64,000 nucleotides of DNA. It comes from Ostrea edulis. Its lineage: Eukaryota. A model generated the notes under the pieces. That model saw only the letters and a program-made list of their open reading frames with translations, was not told the origin of the DNA and did not search any database. The translations under genes and the position numbers were made by a program. The stretch is taken from the NCBI RefSeq assembly GCF_947568905.1, contig NC_079169.1:72974001-73038000 (forward strand), written 5' to 3'. Shown here piece by piece: positions 22,465-36,852 of this stretch (the stretch's first letter is position 1; each line of letters begins with the position of its first letter).

Positions 22465-25400
22465 ATTTTATTCTATTATTTTAAAAAAATATTTTTATTA
22501 TTTTTTTTGTATATTTTAAATGTAAATGCTAAACCTTTTTTTTATCGAAATAAAACTTTTTCTTTGTCATATCATGCCATGAAATAAAAATCTGATTTGT
22601 CCTTGTTTCTTATAATTACATGCAACTTGAGTTCAGCGGAAGCTTTGAAATGGCGGTGTATCATATACGAAGATAATATTACGATTGATGAGTGTCATAT
22701 CAAGAATTGAAATTATTTAGAAAATTCTTGCCCAAAAACACCTGGTATTTCCCCCAACATGTTTTATTTGATATCTAATGTTCATGAATTAACAGCAAGT
22801 CAGATTAAGATCAGAAAGGCCGTACTATCTCGGTTTTACACAGTGGGACAACTAGTCGTTTATTTTGCTTCCATTGAAATGGAGGGTTATCTGTCTCATC
22901 GTCTGTATTGGCTTTTAACGAACTGTGTATATAAACAAAGTGATCTAACCTCAGCAAACGTTCATCTATCTAAGACGGCAAGAGTTGATAATTCAAATTA
23001 CATCTATCCGTATGTTAACATTGCCAATAAACTCCGAAACGCTTGCTCCAGAGTTACTGCTTGCACCTTTGATATTGTTTCATATGTAAGGTGAAGTCCG
23101 TAAGTTATATTAGAATCTTACTTGATTAGTAAATACATGTATCGTGAAATTAATGAAATACCTACTATCGTTTTCGATAAACTACTAGCAAAAATGAGAG
23201 TAAAGTGGCGGATCTAAGCTAGTTTTTTAAATGACAACTTAGGATAATATGATATGAAATAAATCCGTTCTTTATCGATGCTTGATTTTGATCTTACAGA
23301 AGAAATAAGTTTGGATAGTTGTAGAATAAATAAAACATGCCTGTTCCGTTTCTTCAATCCATGATTTTAGTCCTAGCCTTATGGCAATTTCCAGAACGAG
23401 GTAACATCATAGACGCTTAGGTCTACAACAATCGCACATTCTTGGGCCTTTCCCGCAAGCCGAAAAGTTGCGATTGGTTTACAACATGATTAGCATAAAA
23501 TTGTGTAGGTGTTCAGTGTCAGCTAAACTTATAATAGTTTTGACTAGGCCCATATTTATGTTGGATAAAATCACGTATACAAAACTGTACATCATGCTTT
23601 AATTTATTTTCAATCCCCCATTTTCCCACCTTAAACTCTAATCCTTTTTCTTCCTTTTTATGTCTTTATCACAATGTCAGTATGTTAAAAGTGCCGAAAG
23701 AGTCCGAAAATCGGAATTGGAAATCTATGACAAACCGTTCGTTTCCATCTTGGTCCAAAGTGTTTTGGATGGAACCAGCGATAATCTATTGAGATGTGAT
23801 ATTTTCATTGACGATTCATTTCTTTTAAGATGCTGGGGTGTGCGATTGGTTTTTTTTTTTACTGTGACTATGCAATTGTTTTTTAATGTTGTTATTGTTT
23901 ATTTTGTTAATATTAGATTTTGAAATTAGTTTATTCTCTAAACATCTTTAATTCAAAATGTTTTTAATAAATATGATAGTCAATATTCATTGACGGATCA
24001 ATGTATGACGTGTACGGCGACTGTGCATGTATCATGCTCCGAATAATATATTCGAAATGATTTGAAATTGAAAATTATATAGTAATAATAGTTATTTTAA
24101 AAATTAGTGGAATAACCTTTACTAACATGGGACACTAGTTCTGGGCTTTGTTTTAATTCAATAAGGGAGTGCGCACCCGCCTTGTTTCAGTGCTGATGTC
24201 CATTACATAGACGTACTCAGGTATATATAAGTACTGTTTTGACACTTGAAGACGCGGAGAGGGATATGAAGGAACTTTGCTAATTTCATCTCCCTCTCTC
24301 ATTGTGAAGATATAGCCTCATTAAATAAAATCAAAATTATCAATCTGGATGAAGGTACCAAATAAATATCTTCGATCCACCGATAAGAACATAAAAGAAT
24401 GTATGGTTGAAGGTACCACCATAGTATCTCAAACCATGTGAAGACGCCATGCTAACATCTTCCTATAAAAATACACATCTTGGCTCAATGAAATGGCATG
24501 AGGATAACAGAACTCTTTGTACAATACGTTGTCATTGTTCAGAGTGATCAGCTGTGGTAGATCTAGCTGTCTCAAAATATACAATATAAAAAACAAAATA
24601 GTAAGTACCCAAACACTCCATCGAAATATAATTACTAATGATTTGCACTCATTAACTTACAATTATAGCCTTAGTTTCAAAATCGTGCAATTTCATATGA
24701 AAAACTAGAGATAATGAACAATTATCAATCTCATAATTCCTATAAGGAATATAAAAATACATTGACATACATCTGTGTTTGGTAATTATATTGTTTATCT
24801 AATATTGCATTCTAAAGATGGATTTCAGACGGCCTGTTAAATCACAACATCTATGATAAACAATTGATCCTGTTCTTATATTACATTGTAAGAATTGCTA
24901 GGAATTTAGCTCTCTTAAAAGATTGACTAAATCGTTGAAGATTAAACAATACCTTAACATCACTGACATTCATGAACATCATAATTTAAAACAATAAAAA
25001 TCTTATGTTCAATATTTTACAACCTTGTCCATTTTCTATATGTACACTTCAGTCACATGATGTGTGTCTGAACACAACACAATAGTATCATGCTCAAATA
25101 TACCTTTCCATTTCATATCAATCTACCCTCACCACTCACATTCAGCGCTAAGATGTCTACCACAGTTCACTCAGTTAAAAATCACAATATGTGCACCATG
25201 GATCTGACTTCTCTAACATGGTTTACTCGCTTAGACATCACATGTACATCATGCATAATTATACCAAATGACTTATTTCATACACTGAATTATACAATAA
25301 TGACTGAAACAATAATGGTAAAACTGTACAGTATTTGTATTTTCTATAATGAATTATACAATAAATGAATGACAATAAATGTACACTGTACAGTAATAAC

Positions 25401-26330
25401 ATACGACAACTCGTTGCAAAATAATAAGTTAAATGCACAATTTCACAATTTATATCATAGCTGTAAAACAATTTCCATAATAAATTATAAAAATCTGATC
25501 CTTACATGTAGTTTACCTATCATTATTGTGCATTTATGCATAAATGCAAAATGCTTCAATGCACCACTATTATAGTTGAGTCTATGTATTTTACAAGGGT
25601 TTTCAACTGAAAGTCAGCATATTTGAATCACACAAAATATCAACAGTGATTATCCAATTAAAACACAATGCAGTGCAATTACACATAAAAAAACACACAC
25701 AGAAAGTTTAACCTACATTTACGACACTGCATCAGTATACTAACCAACTGTTCTTGCACAGCAAAAATACAATACAATACCAATTTAAAGTGTCAACTGA
25801 AAATCTCCAAATAAAACGCACTGTACAATTTGCACTTAGAAAAACATACAAGTGTAACCTACATTAATGTCAAGTGCATTAGTATGCTGCTTTTGCACAG
25901 CAAAAGTACAATACAATACCATTTCATAAAATCATTCACAATACATTCATGTGTTATAGCTAATAAAGTTTAAGATAAACATGATTCGATTTACAACTTA
26001 CAATTTATGAGATTATTTTTGCTATAATACTGAACATTCTCCTTGTGCTCACAATTACAAGTTACATTTCAAAAACAATAGTAAACAAACCAACATATAC
26101 ATTAAGTTTAACATTACAGATGATAATACTAGTACATAATTTCTACTATTAAATGTTCTTTAGTAAAGTATGAAACAACAGTCGATACAAGAAAACAGTA
26201 GTATTGCTGTAAAAGTATGGCACTTGCTTAATAGCTGAGTCTCTTTAGTCGGGTTGGATTCAGAGAGCTGCTGTCCTGGAACGCCTCGGGGGCCAACACA
26301 CAATCCTTTCCTGGAAGTTTGTCCTTTCCG

Positions 26331-29300
26331 TTATAACAACCCGGACCAAACAGATGGGGTGGTCACATAGCCAATATCTGATGTTGTAATGGTGATCTTG
26401 ACTATGTCAGGAGGTGACTGTTGGTCTCCATTTGACTCTGTTTTCCAGCCTGTCGAGATGGACGTCATGGAAAAAACACAGGTCTCTATCTGTTTCGTAG
26501 ACGATTCAGTAGCTTTAAATACTCCACTGATAAGATAGGAAGAGAACTCAAGTATTATTGCAAAGCTGAATTTGCTCAAGAGATTGTCACTGATTCCAAA
26601 TAGACTCAGTAGGTAATTGTAGCAATTATATAACTGATAACGACTTGGTATCTCTTTCTTTCCACTGACATTACAATGTTAGTGATTTGGAGACAACAGA
26701 CTTGTCATCTCCAAGGAACTGATCATTTCATTTGGTGTTGCTCAACAAATCGCCACTGATTCCAAATAGACTCAGTAAGCCACTGTAGCCACTGCAGGGC
26801 TGGTAATGCATTGGTTTCTCTCTCTTTTCACTGACATTAAAATGATTTAATTTGAAGACAACAGATTTGTCATCTCTAAGAAATGGATCACACCAATTGG
26901 TATTGCTTAACAATTTGCCACTGATTCCAGGTAAATTCAGTAGGTCATTATAGCAAATGTATGGCTGATGATGCATTGGGTTCGCTTTCTCTTCACCAAC
27001 ATTAAAATGCTGTGACTTGAAGACAACATACTTGTCATCTTCAAGACATGTAGCACTCCAATTGGTGTTGCTGTCATATCTGGACATCATTCCCCTTGTT
27101 GGGAGTTTGTACTTAGCGGGTGGAAATGGTTCCGGTAACAAGGACTTTATGGGGTACTTCAGTTCTTCGTTGTCTAAACTGCCATAAATATCCGACTCAA
27201 GAGTCCCATTGTTCACCGCTAATCCATACGGGTCAGAGTGTAAATCCAGATAACTTTCCATTGAGTCATTTGCTAACAGGATGGTTGGTTCAGTTGGAAT
27301 GCTATCAAATCCATAGGCACTGATGACGTATACCCTGCTCTTCTGTGGATCTCTGATATACTTCAACTATATTTTCTTGTAACCAGGGCCACCACTGATG
27401 TCTTGGTTGTGTGCTCCTCCATTAACACAGGTCTTTACCACTTCTTTGCTATAGAAATAATTAGGGTCCACACAGTTCAACATCAATCTAGCCTGCTCTG
27501 TATTGAAGGTGGTGCCTTGCTGCTCTAAGAATTTAACATTACTAAAGGTCTCGATTAATACGTTTAATGACTGGAAGTCTACAGACTGAAGGGCTCCTCC
27601 ATGGCTAGAGTCTAAGGAACTGTGTGTAGCACCATATACAATGATAGAACGGGAATTCTTGGTTCCTAGATGTCTCTTTTCAAACTCTTCATTACCATTA
27701 TTTATAGCTAGACAGTTTACTCGCTCTTTAGTTTTCGGACAATTAAACATTAGGTTTTCAAATACATGTAGCACAAAACCTGCATTAACTGGTTCAGACG
27801 CTAGGACAAAAGCTGTATGATCCTGGTCAATTAGGTTAGGAGGAGGAGAGTCTGATTGTGCAAATGTATGCAAGACCTGTCCATTTGGTAGCTGAATACT
27901 GTTGTTTTGGTCAAGCTGAGGGACCAAAGAGAAACACGCTGGATGAGGAGATGGTATACTGGCCAGAGAATGAGAAAGTCTGTGTCTTTCTTTTACGGGT
28001 TGGAACAGATATCTAAATGTTTGTTTACCTCGTCTCTGACTAGAGCTGTGTTCTGACACAGCCAATAGATTGGTGGACCTGGCCCAAGCTGAGTGTAAAC
28101 GTGGGGTAGGCTTAGGCGGAGGCGAAGACATCCCATACAGAGTCATTTTGTTGAGAAGAGTCCTCCTCAAAATACACATGGTTGTAGTTTGATAGTTTCT
28201 CTGGCTTTCGGTTGACCTCGACTTTGCCAGGGAGTGGGGGAGGGGCAGCTTCTGCACCATCCTCTGCCTCTAGGTCCTATCCAAATTGTGAAAGCTCACT
28301 CGGGCTACGGCGACTTTCAGCAGTCTTTATGTACCCAGCATCTCCAGACATTATAGAGGTCAAGTCTGTAACACTGCGTGCATCGTCCTGATCAAATTCA
28401 GATAGAGCTTGCTTGTCCCCCGGGGCACTAATGAGTACGTCTGTACTCCAGGTATTGCTGGTTGTGTCTGATATCCCAGATACATGGTCTTGCCGTGGAA
28501 TGAAGCTGCTACTCACGAATTCCTGCAGCCTGTCATACTGATTCAATTCTGTTGGAGGTACTGAATCAATGGCCAGTCCATTAGTCACTCACTGTAGACT
28601 TTGTTTCCACTCTTTCAATTTCTGCTTTAACTTCAGAATTTCCCAATCTATTAGTGACATCATCACAATTAGGTTTTGGAATTGTATCCAGGTGAGGAAT
28701 TTCTTGGAGAGGCCTCTGAGGATGAGGGGCCTCCTCAACACTCCCTGTCTGTGAGAGTGGCATATTCCTGCCACTGATGTTGGGTGTACCATGCCCACTG
28801 ACTTTTACAGAGATCATGTCAGACATATTTTGGTATCCTGATCCATGGACAACAATTTCTGTTCTGACATCATTCCCGGACACTCTGAGTTCACAGTTTG
28901 TGCTACTTGAGGTGGTATCTGGTTACCAGTGATTGATAGTCAGTTACCTACCTGTTGTTGTGGTTGCTGCTCAAGTTTCTGTTTTTGTGGTCGTGATGAT
29001 TTGGACAATTGCTGAAGTTGCTGTTGTAGTGGTTGTAGTTGCTGAGTTTGTTTTTGCAGTTGGTCACCTCGGTTCAATGACTCAGGTTGTTGAGTCTGGT
29101 ATAATGGGTTACCAGTATGTGACGGTCCATTATTAGCTGGATTTTGCTGCACCATATTACCAGGAATTGGTGATTCAATGACTCAGGTTGTTGAGTCTGG
29201 TATAATGGGTTACCAATATGTGACGGCCCATTATTGGCTGGATTTTGCTGTACCATATTGCTAGGAATTGGATGTACTTGATTACCCGGATTTTGTTGCC

Positions 29301-29488
29301 ATGGGTAACCATGATATGGAACCAGACCAGGTGGATACATGTTAGGTTGAAGCGCCGGATACGGCCTCCAACCAAATGGTGTCCATTGGTTAGCATACAT
29401 AAGTGGCATATGCAAGTATTGTTGTTCAACTGATTGATATGGTATATTAGGGTATACCGGTTGGAGTATGCCGAACTGAGTAGTGTCA
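26331..29488 (-). pseudogene. Decayed long single-exon ORF of unknown family; its first 8 codons lie beyond the Zator at 37053-37078
   Basis: Consecutive minus-strand ORF pieces are separated by in-frame stops (28940, 28589, 28277, 27367, 26728) and frameshifts (about 29165, 28900, 26670). Pro/Gln-rich N-terminus with a 32-aa repeat, a globular-looking centre, and three 55-aa repeats. Confidence 0.65.
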
Positions 29489-29982
29489 GGCCACAATTAA
29501 AAGAATGTTTGTTTCCCCTCCCCCGGGTCTAGTTTTTGAAACTGACCAGGCAGGCAGGTGATATATTTTTTTTTTTTTTAAATTCATATAATTTTATATG
29601 TATTGTCGGAAAAAAAGCAGATCTGTCAAACAGGGCACTGATTGTCTTCAATGCTTAACATCTGGAGAAGAGAACATTTATACTACTATGTTGAGGATTG
29701 GTTGAGCTTCAATGTTTTATGTATTAAAATCCTGGAATGGCTTGCTGGCGTTGAATCTGTATGCTAATATGAATGCTCTGGATGTGTAATTTCTGTTTTC
29801 TTTACTCCGACATTTCTTTAAAAAACATTATTTAAAGAAATAAATGAAAATTTTAAAACAAAAAACATTTATTCTTGACTAGAAATAAGTAGAAACAAAA
29901 ATCATAAACAACATGTTAAAAAGAATGACTTAGAGAGGATGAATATCAGACTAGAATTAACTGATTGTCAGACTGGAATTAA

Positions 29983-32900
29983 CTATTTCTTAATTGGATT
30001 TCTCTTTGGGACTTCCAATTTTTTTGAACGACACAAGTCACAAACTGGCAGCACAACTTTAAAGTTTTTGCACAAGTCCTTGTCCTTTTGGATCTCTGTT
30101 GCAACACAATATGCACATATGTCTTTGCGGCCAACATCCGAGCTGTAGTATGCAAATTCAATGTGACTGGTACATGCAAGCTGGAGTCTTGTGAAAACTT
30201 TTCCATGTAGAACATCCCCTGAAAGTGACCAAAAAAAAAACACTTGTCAGAGAAAAAAATTGATTTTAATGTTTTTGTGCTCTTTATTTTCTTTTTCAGA
30301 TTACCCAAGGTTAAATTCAAAGATTCATCCCTACTTCCATTACTTCAATGATACAAATATTATAAAGATGTTATCATTCAATGACTGTAAATATAAAGGC
30401 TGCCAAAAACATAATTTCCACAGATTGTGCATTTAATACTGAATGTCCTTTTGGAGAGTGAAAAAGGGGAATATGCATGGTAGATGCAAACATGTTTTAT
30501 CCTGCACATGTATATAAGGCCTACAAAAAGCATTTAAATTTTTGAACAATGCAAGGATACAGATTGAATGTGGACAAACACACAAATCCAATTTCTGTTC
30601 TTCTGACATTTTGTCATTTGATTAAAAAGATTTGAACAGTGAATATTCATCTTAGTTCATGTATCCATTGTTTATGATATTGATCATCATGATGATAAAC
30701 AAATGAACATACTTGTGCTTTGGTTCTGTCAGAAATGCCAGTCTTATTTAGTGTCATTTAATCACAATATTGTCAATAAATATACAAACCTTCTGGTGCT
30801 AAAATTGCCCCGCAAGTGTAGTCATATTTATCTGTTGTGTGCTTCAAGGCTCTTAAATCTCGAGGGTTCAACTTCAGCTTAGAATAAATGCATCTAGGTT
30901 TGTCACATTCAGTGCATTTTATTGTAGATCTCACATTCTGGGCAACAAGCATTCTGTTTTCACAACCCTGAAAAAGATTAGATATCAAATGCTAATTAAA
31001 ATATATTCATTGAATGTAGAACAAGACAACCTAGATTGTAATGTTAAACAAAACCTTAAATCCAGGGAGAGGTGTAAATGTTAGAATATTGGAGGACAAA
31101 TTAAGCAAAAATATTGAAATATTAATGCAAGTCATGAAAGATATTAGGATCTAATTTAGCACAACTGTCAGACATATTTGTTACCACTGTGTGAAAATTA
31201 TAATATTGTCTTTCATTTCATATAGCCTAGCAGTTTTGGTCTGTTTTCATAAGATACATGCATCAGTGCCAGTACCAAGTCTGACTGCCCATTTTCCTAT
31301 TGTTGTTTATGTTTGTTTGTTGTCTTTTCTGTGTGTTTGGGATTGTTTGGTTGGTGGAAGGTGGGTGATGTTTGGTTTGGTTTGTGTTTTCTGTCATTGT
31401 TGGAATTCCCTATCATCTCTTTTATATCATAACATTAAATCCATGAATAAAATTCACAGATCTGTGATATCAATGAGGAATATTCTAAATTTACTTACTT
31501 GTTGTTCCTGAGCAACTGCTGCCACTGTTTGATTTGTGGATGAGGGTCTATCTTTCTCTGTGGTGATTGTTCCCAAGACTTCCTCCAGAGATTTATAGTG
31601 TTTTCCAGTGTTATCCATTACCGGGTCTGGCAACCATTGCCATTCTTTAGAAGATGGCGGACAACACTCTGCATCTGAACATCGCCTGATTTGGAACACA
31701 TAGTGGCGTTCTTGACAGTGCTTTCCTGAAAAAGAAATATCACATTTTGTGCAAGGAATAAATAAACATATGGACAATGAATGTAGTATCTGACATAATC
31801 AATCCTGTTTAACTTAATGATATTTTCCACTGACCAAGTATCATATTGCCATACCTTGTCTAGTTGCTGAATAAAGGACCTAAACCAAGAACGAGATGGA
31901 TGGACAAGGGTATTAAATCTAAATGTATATGCCCCTTTCACTTTTGTGTTGCAGATCTGCCAGGACATAAACATATGTAATTTGGAGATATAATTCCATG
32001 TAACCGTACTAAAAGTTGGTAAGCATTGGTGAAGAAACGGAGCAGGTTTTTGAAATCACTTTTGGTAAATAGCTTTGTGTGTTTGTTGCTTACCATATTC
32101 GTTCTTTTTCTAAAGAGAGGATTGAGTTGGAACTGAACATAGAACCAATTCAATAAATATGTCAGTCTCGAGTTTGTGACGTACACATTTTTGTCAGTCG
32201 TTGAATGACTTTTAACTACATTGTCATTCAAATGTACTTTAATGCTACCTTTTTTCTAAAGAACACCAAAAACTACACTAGATTCAAACAACAATTTGAT
32301 GACATTGTATCTTTTTTTCATTCAGCCGCCGATCAACTATGTGTACTAAAAAACTCACGTCTGGGACAGATTTATTGAAACGACTTTACATGTTCTACAC
32401 TAATGTTTTTTTTCTCCAATTCTCAGTACTCAGTATAAGAAAAGGACATTTTTTTTCAATATTGTGGAGCATAATACCTACCAATGAAATCCTTAAAGCT
32501 TTTAGCTTTGTTCATATGGGTCTGTTGGTAGTTCCCAATGCTAATAGTGGGGTCAATCAAAGTTACACTGGCTTCCGTCATCTCTACATCGATGTCATCT
32601 GCTGCCGGAAAACTTTGAAAGGGTTTCCCTTTCAGTTGGACACGCTTTGCACGTTCTTCTAACAGGTTAATCATAGGCCTCACAGATTCGATCCACTTAG
32701 TTTTTAGACCATCAACTTTCTCCGCCTTGCGTCTTATTTCACCCATTCCATTGCATGACCTAATAACTTGTTCAATGTCTGAGGTAGATTCCTCCCTGGA
32801 CAAAGCCGTGTTCTGGAAAGCTATATTTAGCAAGGACATAATTCTTTCTGCCGGATTAGCCCAGGAATGTCCTGGGGCTGTTCGACAAGCGACTAAGAAT

Positions 32901-35900
32901 TCTAAGCCAAGCTGTTTAAACAAAATAATCAAAGATAATTTGACGCTGTTGTAAGTTGTACGATGGTCAGGCCCTCCATCTGTGTAAAGAAACAGAGCAG
33001 GTTTTTTGTCATTAACATCAACTTGATCAAGAATGTTTTTCAATTCTGTAGCGTGTCTGAAAGGAGAACTAGGCTGAAATGTGCTGTCTTTCATCGTTAA
33101 AGCAACCTGACCTCTATAAAATGACTCTGATATGTCCTCCGGTATGTCAACAAATAATGCAACTGATGGAGTAAGGGAACCTTTGCTAGAGACATCGTGA
33201 TCTAGACAGGATAACGCCGAATCAACTGGCATAATAGATTTTTTTCCACGCACTCCTGATGATATATGGACACCAGGCTCTCCAAAATCAACCTTGGACT
33301 TGTCGTCCATACATACAAATGTAACTTTGTCTCTAAACTTTATTGCATACTGTCTCAACATTTTGAATATACTAGCGCAGTAATGTTCATCCTGATGACT
33401 GGCACGCAGTTGTCTGGTTTGAACTTTCATTTTTAAAGGTACGCGGCCTTTATATAACTTTGCGACATTTGCATGAGCATTTTTTGGTACAAAAGCCAAA
33501 AGGACTGTTGATTCACTAGGAATTGGCACATCGTCAGGAAGTTTAGCCTTAACTTGATTGATAAGATCTCTTACAGACAGATATTTTGAGATATGTTCAA
33601 TGCCGTGTCTCCTTTCATCTGCTGCCTTTAATTCCTCTAGATCGTGTTCCAATGTAGAGAAAAACACATCAAAAGTGTCACTCGGACGCCCCTTGTTCAG
33701 ATGGCGGAGGTCCACTATAAGTTCTGGATCTGAAGCCATCACAGCTGTACGCATACGTTGATCAATCGCTGGGTTTTGATCGGTAGTGGCATCGCCTGTC
33801 AATGTAGCATAGATTGACCGTAGTATGTGGGGTGGTATTGTAACACCCGATATTTTTTCATATATGGAATAAAATTCTAGACGCATTTTTCTTGTATGGT
33901 ATTCGGGCAACTTAGGACGGAGATTGTGTATAACCTGGTTATCCGTCAAATGCAAATCTTTTGTAGACATACTATCCTGAACTTTCCAAAAAAAGGTCAA
34001 TGCCCCTAAGCCAGCACCTGGGTCATACTGGAGCACATGCAAATCAACAGATAGTGCAATACTGTTTAGAAATTTATATCTCTGTGAACTATTCATTTCA
34101 ATTTCAGGACCAAAAGCTGTTTCATCAAAAAACAGCGGTTCAAAAAATGCCATCTCTGAAAGCGCAAGATCTAATTTGGAATATCTGTTTAATACTTCGT
34201 TTGTTTTTTCGACATGCTGAATAGACATATGGGTATCTACTTGCCGGACAGGATGCATCTTTTCCTGGCGCATTTTTTGGTTTTGATTGGCATTATCTAA
34301 GTACTCAGAATAAGAATCTAAGGAAATTGCCAAAAGATGCAATTCATCTTTGATATTCCAATGGTTTGCATATGGTTTGGAGGCTACCCTGAATACGCAT
34401 TGGCCATGTAATTTAAGTTCTTTTGCATTTAATGAAGGTTTTTTCTCCTTTTTCTTCTTGAAGTCATTGATGCCATCATACTGAAGAAACCTGAAAAATA
34501 AATATGGGTAATTGAATAGCATGCTTAATTACAAATGTACATGTACTTTGCATAGTTTCCTTAGTATGTGGAAACTATGAACCTTAACAAAGACGTTATT
34601 ACCACAGTGTGACAGACAGACAGACAAGGGTAACATTTATATATTCCCTCCACATACATGGTCCAATAGGCCATACAAATGAATGAAGATCATAGCTAGC
34701 ATAAATGCCAAGTAAATGACAATGAAAGGTGATGGTCTTTAATTGAATACATGTGTTGTCTGCATAATAGTTTGTAAATGCCATTACATGTATTGCCATT
34801 ATCTGCACCCTGTCCCCCAAAATGCTGGTATTTATAAACCTGTTTAACCCTACTGCTAGCTTTTGTTAGTGTCGGTACCAAGTCCACTTATCCCCGAGTT
34901 TCTATCGTTATAAATGTTTGTAATTTGTCTTGATTTGTGTTTTTTGTTTTCGGAGTTATTTGGTGATATGTGATTGAATTGTCTGTCATTATTGTGTTTT
35001 CTGCTATCTTTCCGTTTTTCATTGAAATAGAAGGTACACATTAATAGTACCGGTATTTATACGTGAAAGTTCCATCAAAACCCCACGTGAAGTGGTTAAG
35101 CCAGAGTAACAGACAAATGAAAAGTGTGACGGACAACAACAATGACACAAGACCACTCAGGTATGCTGCCTTACACTACATGTGCTGGTGTCAGACACAT
35201 GCAGACATGAATCCAATACCTTGCAGGAATTCCTTGAACATCTGGCATATGTACAGCTCGCTCCTGAATTGTCCCCATATTTCCACTTAAGTACCACACA
35301 GCATTGGTCAATGGCATGATCACTTGGTCACTAATGGCTTTGTCCGTCATTACAACTGGAAACTTGTCTTCAAATTCCACAAACATGTTCACTATCCCGT
35401 TGTACAGTTTTTGTTTAGCTGTAATAAAATTTACATTCTGACACACTGAGTATACATGTACTTCAAATTAAATGCAAATATTATCAATTGTGAGTTATCA
35501 ATGAATACATGTGTCGCCTGCATGGCCTTATAAATGTTGAAAAAAATTAAAGTAAAAAAAATCAAAGTAAGTAAACAGCAGGAAGTTGAAGTGTGACAGA
35601 TCTGAATTCGCATCCCACGAAATTGGACTTTTCATACTGAATCTGTATACCAAATTTCAGCCACTAGTTTCTGAGAACACCAAAAAGTGTGGCTGACAAT
35701 AACAACCCAACTGGAAATGATAAAAGGGTCAGATCCCTATATGTCGCAACACACTGGGTATACACTGAGGGGACACAATAAGTGAATGCTAAAATAGTCA
35801 AGGATGTAAACATATCGATCACTATCACACACTTGATACCCAGAATTTGACACGCCAGGGTATTTAAAAATTGAAGCCACAAATGAGGGGGTGGACAAGG

Positions 35901-36852
35901 GGGCGGGAACCCGGGAGTAAGGGGGCGGGAACAGGAAGTTAGGGGGAGGGAACTGGGAGCTAACGGGGGCGGGAACCGGGATTAGCGTAAGGCGGGAGTA
36001 AAATCAAAATTGGTGACAAGCCAAAAAAAAAAACGTCAAAGGGAGTAGATGGGTCGGGAACTAGGAGTCCATGGGTAGGGAACCGGGAGTCAATGGGGCG
36101 TTAACTGGGAGTCGAGGGGGTGGGAACCGGGAATTGGAGACACCCCTGTCCACCCCCTCACAAATGTATAGCTGCGACCCTTTAAAATGTGAAAAAATGA
36201 CAAAGTCCAATGTTGAAAAAAATTTGGGCAGCACTTCCCCTAGGAATTTACCGTTTTTACACCCCCTACCATAAATTTCCCCAGACCAAAAGTTTGGGAA
36301 CATTGAAGAAAGAAATGAAATGGTGTGGGACAGACTCATTTATAACTTTAAGACATGAGCCATACACCATCTCAAACCTACTTGATAGAAATATAATAAT
36401 GCATATAAATTACCTGTAAATCTGGGAGAGGCTTCATCAATCTTTTGAGGGAGCTTTGTCAGTGTGCTGGACTTTCTCATCAAAACATCGAAAGCTGTAG
36501 GACATGTAGGAGGATTTTGACCTTTTGGTACATTGTTATTTGGTTCTAAGTCTCTTACCACGTCAAATTGTACATATTTCAATTTTTTATCAAAGTTGTG
36601 AACCACTTGTATCTGTTCTTCAAAATGTGGCTCAAAAGTTACACCGTTGGCAAGTTTGTCCGACACGGTGACAGTTACTTCGTCCAACTTGTCTATGTTA
36701 TGGTCGCCGTCCGCTGTCAAATCATTCAAAACCTCATTCCATGTACAGTGTTTGGAGAAACTGCAGAGTCTGTTGACTATTATGGGCACAACTTTAGATG
36801 TGTGTTTGTATTTTATCTTTACAGTAGACGACAACGCTATTCTGTCACCCAT
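29983..36852 (-). CDS. Zator transposase, 6 exons, 1095 aa, with Cys-rich C-terminal domain
   Basis: Exons 36852-36414, 35418-35220, 34490-32482, 31725-31499, 30967-30790 and 30218-29983; all GT-AG, phases consistent, total 3288 nt. Motifs CMDDKSK, DHD, TDGGPDHR and APGHSWANPAERIMSLLN match the TP36/Zator catalytic pattern; CxxC pairs lie in exons 5-6. Confidence 0.85.
35885..36159. mobile_element. GC-rich MITE nested in transposase intron 1
   Basis: GAGGGGGTGGACAAGGGG ... CCCCTGTCCACCCCCTC TIR; ACAAAT duplicated on both sides; interior has repeated GGGCGGGAAC motifs. Confidence 0.75.
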
